A DNA stretch of 64,000 nucleotides from a bacterium (GTDB lineage: Bacteria; Electryoneota; Electryoneia; Electryoneales; Electryoneaceae), in contig OY769902.1 of the NCBI GenBank assembly GCA_963669175.1, positions 960,001 to 1,024,000 on the forward strand, written 5' to 3'. The notes under the pieces were generated by a model. That model had not been told where the DNA came from. It saw nothing but the letters and a program-made list of their open reading frames with translations, and searched no databases. The translations under genes and the position numbers were made by a program. Within the stretch, counting starts at the first letter, position 1, and each line of letters starts with the position of its first letter. Below, piece after piece: positions 58,551 through 64,000 of the stretch.

Positions 58551-59255
58551 TCAGGAGTTTGGCTCGATTACGAGCAAGTTGCCATCATAGGTCAGCACCC
58601 CCAGGAAAATGGCTCCGATCAGACGTTCAACCGCGACAGTGAATTTTCCGCCATTCTCGCCATCTGTTTGAAACAACGGATCAGCCACATGAATCTTCTT
58701 GGTATGGTCATCAAAACCAGCCAGTACGACAAAATGGCCCGCCGGTGTGCCGTGAATATCATCGTAATCATCATCCCAGGGCCGTTCGCGCATGGTACGG
58801 TGCAGGTAAGTGGCGCTGAGGCCCACCAGCAGAGGAATGCCACGCTCGAGGTGAGTTTCGATCAGGTGACGGTCCAGGTCTTCAAACCGGATCTTTCCGC
58901 CCATCTCCAGATAGGTGATATAGGCGCGAGTGGCGGTAAGCAGTGTGGGGTCACTTTTTGCTTTCGCCTGAACGGATAAGCGTTCAACCAGGTCATAACT
59001 GTCCGCATTAAACCAGGTCGGATCAAACAGACGAAGGTTGTAGGTAAACAGAGTGGCTTTATACCCACGTTTCAGGGCATGCTGGCCAAGGTTGACCGCA
59101 AGAGTGCCACCATTGGGCAGCATGGGCACCTCACGGATTACCTGACGCAGGGAAATGGAGTCTCCCCAGTACCGGTAAACAGCATGGAGACTGGCTGGAC
59201 CACAGGTAACATCATCCGGCTGTCGACGGATGTCGAGCTTCAGCTTCTTATGCAT
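58551..59255 (-). CDS. Peptidase C39-like (papain-fold) protein
   Basis: 'QPDDVTCGPASL' (Gln/Cys), 'GHFVVL' (His) and 'ADP' (Asp): catalytic set intact. Confidence 0.82.
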   Translation of the reverse strand: MHKKLKLDIRRQPDDVTCGPASLHAVYRYWGDSISLRQVIREVPMLPNGGTLAVNLGQHALKRGYKATLFTYNLRLFDPTWFNADSYDLVERLSVQAKAKSDPTLLTATRAYITYLEMGGKIRFEDLDRHLIETHLERGIPLLVGLSATYLHRTMRERPWDDDYDDIHGTPAGHFVVLAGFDDHTKKIHVADPLFQTDGENGGKFTVAVERLIGAIFLGVLTYDGNLLVIEPNS

Positions 59256-59427
59256 TGCATTACCCCAACCCCGGTCCCTTTAAGACCGGTAAAAACAGAA
59301 CCTGCCTGATCCGCTCCTGACAAGGGATTCGGGCATCAGGGGTGAAAGGTCAAATATACGAACTTTTCAGGATTGCAAGAGGGGGTAAAGAAGAAATTCC
59401 GGAGTAAGACATGTGCTTAATCCAGCG

Positions 59428-59492
59428 CTACAACTTCTGCTGCCGCATGGTCAGGAAAGCGAACAGCACCTGATCCAACGGTGTCTCAGTAG
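59428..59492 (-). repeat. Orphan duplicate of the 3' end of the DUF58 gene
   Basis: 59430-59492 vs 62141-62203 match at 60/63; encodes TETPLDQVLFAFLTMRQQKL-stop. Confidence 0.92.
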
Positions 59493-59645
59493 GTGCGTGG
59501 CCCTACGATCTGCCGAAGGGTATCAGCGCTTCTCAATGGGCAAGACCGTGTGGCCCGGCGTGCTTGCACCCGGGCGGTTGTGAAGCGGGCACAAACGAGT
59601 GGCTTTCCGATGTGGTGGCCCGGGGTAAACAGTCAAACATGAATC

Positions 59646-59746
59646 CCAACTCCTTCAGAGTTGGAATTTCTTTCATTCTGAACCCGGGGATGGCATCAAA
59701 CTGACGATGCCAATCCTGGGCTCACTTATCTAACTCCTTCGGAGCA
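59646..59746. repeat. REP-like triple palindrome
   Basis: AACTCCTTCAGAGTT ... CCCGGGGATGGCATCAAACTGACGATGCCAATCCTGGG ... AACTCCTTCGGAG. The loop CAAAC(T/A)GACG is shared with the palindromes inside the 52578 MITE. Confidence 0.65.
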
Positions 59747-59836
59747 AAAACTCAAACGGTCCATAGCTACTCCTGAAAATAAACCGTCATGATAGTATCC
59801 GACGAACGATTCATAGGTGACAAAGAAGAAGCCTAT

Positions 59837-59959
59837 GGAAAAAGGGTACAGTTTCCTTTTCCATGAATGCCTCAAGAGTTTTCTGTATGAGCACGAGGAA
59901 AAGAATCCCGTCCCCTTTTCCCGGCAATCTCTATTGTGACGGAACAAAATCGAGAACAG
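59837..59959. repeat. Half GGGGACAG-type array 'E'
   Basis: Sites at 59837-59862 and 59897-59921 plus a tail, colinear with 14171-14290. Confidence 0.8.
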
Positions 59960-60123
59960 TCATAGCACGTAAAATTCCCATCTTCGTGGCAATGTTGGCC
60001 AACCCGCCGAAAAGAGTTGCTTTTCCGAAAAAACCTTTGATAGTTTGTCTTATTGATAGAAGAACCGGTGCATGTTTGTTTCATAGCGAACTTTCTATAA
60101 CACGTAGTCTTGCAGGCCAAACG

Positions 60124-61914
60124 ATGAAACGTCACACTCGCTCCACTCCTTTTCTCCATGTTCTGCCACCATTGATCGCTCTGCTTGTATGTGTCGTTCT
60201 GCCTTTCCCCCTCCTTGCCGAGTGGCAGCCTTCCGGTACGCAGGTAACTCCCAATGGTGGAGCAGTATTAAGCTATTTTTCGTTGGTTTCCGACAGTTGT
60301 GGCGGCTGTTACCTGGGATATATCGCTTATGATGATCCAGATATCCCTGGTTATCAAGGCGGTCGTATACAGCGCATTGATCGTAATGGCGACATGGTCT
60401 GGCCGGAAGGCGGTGTCTACATCTGTGATCCGGACTCGATATATGGCTTTTCCACGGGAAAATGCGTACCGGCTCCAGGCGGTGGACTTTACGTGGTCTT
60501 TACAGGGCAGCGTACGGCAGAGACATATGATGCCATTTTTGTTCAGCGGCTTTCCCCTGAAGGTGAACGGCTGTTCGGTGCTCGGGGAGTGCAACTGACA
60601 TTAAGTGATACTACGGAATACAATGATATAAGAGATCAATGGGTTAATGCAACTGTGCCGGACGGTGTCGGTGGAATTATTGTTGGGCATCAATATGGGA
60701 TTGGGGATATTGGTGAGGAAGTAATATGGGTGAGTGCACACCGTGTGTCTGATACAGGCGAGGTTCTATGGAGCAACAATCAGGTAAGTCCTGAAAACAT
60801 CTCTGGAATTGAAATCTGTCGTGCCGCTACCTCTACACTTGGCGGCGCAGCATTCTTCACCGAAGTCCAAGACAGCCTGGTCGCAAGGTATGTGAATCTG
60901 GATGGCGAGGTATTCTGGCAGGACAACCCGGTGATTGTTCGCAATGAAGCCTATGATAGCGAGCATGGTTTCTCTTACGCCTGCAGGTCATATGATATCA
61001 CCCCACTGCCTGACGGGGAATTCGGGATCGCCAATGGATCCTATGATGGTGTGCTCCAGTACTATCACCTGGGGGCAGACGGCCTGGTACAGAACGGACA
61101 GCACGGAACCCTGCTTTTACATGATAGTTTTCATGCGGATCCCAATTTTGATGTGGCGTGCGCCAGTGGTAATGCGGCCATCGCGGCGGATGATGAATTT
61201 GTTTACCTGGTCTTAATTACAAAATCTCGTAACAACCCTGATACCTTCAACACCTTGCTGAAGTGCAGCTTTGATGGCGACCTTATCACACCCGAGCCTT
61301 GGAACGTCGGGCAAGTAAACTATTCTTCTTCGACACAATTATTCATCGAACCGAAGTATCAATTGATAACAAAAAAACATGATGTCCCGTATTTCTCTTA
61401 TGCTCAACTTGTTTCACGCGGCGGAGAGTTGCCCTGGGGGATGGACGGCGTGCCGGTCGGGTATCCACAACTCTATTGGGCCGACCGTCAACAGACCTGC
61501 AAGACCGCCCAGGACACCTTCGTAACAGCCTGGTACTGCTGGCCGGGCGCTAATGGCGAGGGATATCAAGCCTTTTTCGTCTCCCAGATCGCGATAGCGG
61601 AAGAAGATTACCCGGTAGCGGAAGAGAACCAATCACCCATCCCGTCCTCCTTCCGTATCCTTGGCGCCTACCCCGACCCCTTCAATTCTGTTGTCACCAT
61701 CGACTACCGGGTGAAAGAAACCGGCCGATATGTTTTTGCCGTATTCAATGTCCTGGGAGAAACTGTATTCCAGGACACAATACAATGCAACTCTGCCGGA
61801 ATCGCCTCCTGGCGCTGGTCTGCGGATGAGGTGGCGTCTGGAGTGTACCTGGTTCAACTGCAACAGCTTGAGACAAAACAGATTGACACAAAACGTGTGA
61901 CATTGCTTCGATAA
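60124..61914 (+). CDS. Secreted protein with T9SS-type CTD
   Basis: Signal peptide from ATG 60124; repeated 'QR.D..G...W...GV' units; 'AYPDPFNS...ASGVYLVQL...KRVTLLR'. Confidence 0.78.
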   Translation: MKRHTRSTPFLHVLPPLIALLVCVVLPFPLLAEWQPSGTQVTPNGGAVLSYFSLVSDSCGGCYLGYIAYDDPDIPGYQGGRIQRIDRNGDMVWPEGGVYICDPDSIYGFSTGKCVPAPGGGLYVVFTGQRTAETYDAIFVQRLSPEGERLFGARGVQLTLSDTTEYNDIRDQWVNATVPDGVGGIIVGHQYGIGDIGEEVIWVSAHRVSDTGEVLWSNNQVSPENISGIEICRAATSTLGGAAFFTEVQDSLVARYVNLDGEVFWQDNPVIVRNEAYDSEHGFSYACRSYDITPLPDGEFGIANGSYDGVLQYYHLGADGLVQNGQHGTLLLHDSFHADPNFDVACASGNAAIAADDEFVYLVLITKSRNNPDTFNTLLKCSFDGDLITPEPWNVGQVNYSSSTQLFIEPKYQLITKKHDVPYFSYAQLVSRGGELPWGMDGVPVGYPQLYWADRQQTCKTAQDTFVTAWYCWPGANGEGYQAFFVSQIAIAEEDYPVAEENQSPIPSSFRILGAYPDPFNSVVTIDYRVKETGRYVFAVFNVLGETVFQDTIQCNSAGIASWRWSADEVASGVYLVQLQQLETKQIDTKRVTLLR

Positions 61915-62138
61915 AAATCGCTACAGAAAAAGGGGCGTGTGGCCCGATCCGCAAGTGACCAATTCTCGATAAAAACTGAACCCGGAAAACTCTGGAGAAA
62001 TCACAAAACAGGACGAATCAACTTTGTCCCGATGCGCTCATAAGTATTGATAGAATATGAGGTGTTGTGAGAGTATTCTTGCTGCATTTAAAGCGGAAGC
62101 TGCATCACCAGCGGATCGGGCCAAACGTGGCAGCAATA

Positions 62139-63080
62139 TCACAACTTCTGCTGCCGCATGGTCAGGAAAGCGAACAGCGCCTGGTCCAACGGTGTCTCGG
62201 TAGACAGAAGGTGATGCGCCACGCGATGATGCGAACACCCGGAACGCAGGGTTTCCAGATACTTCTTCATCTCTTCCTGGTATCCTTCTCGCAGTTGCCA
62301 GGGGTTGGCATTCATGGTTTTCCCGGTTTCCAGCTCTTCAAACAGGCTTTCACGGTCAAACGCGAAATCCAGCTCACGCGGGTCCAGAACCTGGAACACC
62401 AGCGCTTCATGGCCATTATGTCGGAAATGATGCAAGCCGGACAGCAATTCTTCGGGATCATCCAGCAGGTCGGAGATCAGGATAACCAGTCCCCGCCGTC
62501 CGATACGCTCCGCGATCTCGTGGAGCACGCTCCCGATGCGAGTACGTCCGCTCGGTTTTGTGCGCTCCAGGGCTCCCCATAATTCAGTCCGCCAGGTTTG
62601 CGCACTCTTGGGAGAATAAGATTCCCGTAGCTGATCATCAAAAAGACCCATCCCGACAGCGTCACGCTGGGTGAGCAACAGAAAGATCAGGGCAGCGGCC
62701 AGGCTACGACCATATTCGAACTTGGTCGCAGTTCCGCCGGCCTTGAAATCCATGGAGGCTGACACATCCAGAAGAATGGTAGCGCGAAGATTGGTCTCTT
62801 CCTGGTACTGTTTGATATAATAACGATCGCTGCGCCCCAGAACCTTCCAGTCCAGGTGGCGTAAAGGGTCGCCGGGCTGGTACATGCGATGCTCGGCGAA
62901 CTCCACGGAGAAGCCATGATAGGGGCTCTTGTGCAGCCCGGTGAGGAAACCTTCCACAACAAGACGGGCACGTAATGACAACGGCTCCAACCGGTGAATC
63001 AGCGAGGAGGAAACCAGTTCTTTGTCAGCATGGAGCGGCAAGACAGCCTCAATGTTTGATCGGACCACGATGTTTGTCAC
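62139..63080 (-). CDS. DUF58 domain (VWA-like) protein
   Basis: 'GLHKSPYHGFSVEFAEHR.Y.PGD..RHLDWK', 'LDVSASM', 'ILISDL'. Exact start uncertain. Confidence 0.9.
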   Translation of the reverse strand: MTNIVVRSNIEAVLPLHADKELVSSSLIHRLEPLSLRARLVVEGFLTGLHKSPYHGFSVEFAEHRMYQPGDPLRHLDWKVLGRSDRYYIKQYQEETNLRATILLDVSASMDFKAGGTATKFEYGRSLAAALIFLLLTQRDAVGMGLFDDQLRESYSPKSAQTWRTELWGALERTKPSGRTRIGSVLHEIAERIGRRGLVILISDLLDDPEELLSGLHHFRHNGHEALVFQVLDPRELDFAFDRESLFEELETGKTMNANPWQLREGYQEEMKKYLETLRSGCSHHRVAHHLLSTETPLDQALFAFLTMRQQKL

Positions 63081-63381
63081 AGGTAAGATACGAATTCAGC
63101 ATGGAGCATGTTCCCGGTAAAGGGTCATCCGACAAAAAGGCAGAAAGAAGCTCTCGTAATCGTAAAATAAGGCTCGAATGAAACCGACAGTGCAATTATT
63201 CTACCTCTAATACTTTAAGTTTTTCCTGTTTGTTGCCGATAAAACGAACTGAGAAGTGCTCCGGGATTTGTATTGTCAAGCGAAAAAAAGTATGGCTGTC
63301 GGTTAATTTCGTAGACATCCAGCGTAATAGCTCCTATATTTAAGAATTGGCACTGCTGCAAGAACGAACCGCTGAGGGCAT

Positions 63382-64000
63382 ATGATCGTTGCTAAACGAC
63401 AGTTGAGAAGCTTGCTTTATGCAGGGCTGCTTCTTCTTATTTGTGCTGGTGTTCTGTCGGCACAGACAGAAATCTCCGGCAGCCTTGAGGGTGTTCTCGA
63501 GGAAGATACCTATCTCGCCACAGGTGATATTGAAGTCACGACGTTCAACGACCTGGAAATCGAGCCCGGCACCATCATTTATTTTAACCAGGATATTGAA
63601 TTTACCATCCGTGGCACCCTCATCGCGGAAGGAGCCGTAAATGACAGTATTCTCTTCCTCAACACCGAAGACTCCACCTGGTCCGGCATCACCTTCAACG
63701 GCGCTTTTTCCGACAACAGTTCCATGCGGTATTGCCGTGTCAGCGGCTCAGATCATCGTGGTATTCATATTGTCAACAGCGATCTCAGCTTTGATCATTG
63801 TGTTATATCCGGGAACTCCACCATTGGTTTTGCCGACCTGATCAACCACCGTGGCGCCGGTTTTTATATCTACTCCGGATCGCCCGACATCACGAACTGT
63901 CTTGTTGCCGATAACGAATCCGTCCGTGGCGCTGGTGTCTATATCTGGCGGGATGGCAATCCCTCGATGACCAATACGGTTATTCGTGACAATAACGCCA
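63382..64000 (+). CDS. Secreted right-handed beta-helix repeat protein (5' partial, runs off the window)
   Basis: Own translation from ATG 63382: signal peptide, 'LEIEPGT', 'GTLIAEG..DSILF', 'WSGI.F', 'GAGFYI..GSPDITNC'. Open to the window end, so it is absent from the ORF track. Confidence 0.8.
   Translation, partial: MIVAKRQLRSLLYAGLLLLICAGVLSAQTEISGSLEGVLEEDTYLATGDIEVTTFNDLEIEPGTIIYFNQDIEFTIRGTLIAEGAVNDSILFLNTEDSTWSGITFNGAFSDNSSMRYCRVSGSDHRGIHIVNSDLSFDHCVISGNSTIGFADLINHRGAGFYIYSGSPDITNCLVADNESVRGAGVYIWRDGNPSMTNTVIRDNNA

Noticed and set aside
59430-62203. 63-bp duplication as a DGR template/variable repeat pair
   Set aside because: The three mismatches are C-to-T on the coding strand rather than changes at template adenines, and no reverse transcriptase is present.

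Overview
This is a bacterial chromosomal window of roughly 50% GC. Several large secreted proteins end in a T9SS/FlgD-type C-terminal sorting domain (YPNPFN motif), which suggests an FCB-superphylum lineage (inference only). Housekeeping content: cca, tmk, rplM-rpsI-rpsB-tsf-pyrH (no frr follows), alpha2-type glyQS, tRNA-Leu(CAA), an acyl-CoA dehydrogenase and a DUF58 gene. Signalling content: a heme-c/PAS chemoreceptor, an HD-GYP protein, a porin/small binding protein/PAS kinase/REC-kinase module, and tandem lipobox-bearing NarX-like kinases with a LuxR regulator. Accessory content: a standalone AT-rich nucleotidyl-cyclase-like gene beside a DUF433/PIN toxin-antitoxin pair, an integrase-less mini-island at tRNA-Leu carrying one AT-rich PD-(D/E)xK-like/SEC-C gene, and a C39-peptidase/RimK-like/GCS2/formylglutamate-amidohydrolase operon. 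The most unusual signal is non-coding and nested. Four ~300-370 bp MITEs with GG-starting TIRs and perfect or degenerate 8-bp TSDs each carry a four-site array of alternately oriented sites, and two of them sit inside 9-mer tandem repeats. There is also a CTAA-flanked MITE, several REP families, and two REP-bordered insertions that duplicate the 3' end of a host gene. No transposase or integrase is present in the window. All calls come from reading the sequence; no searches were run.
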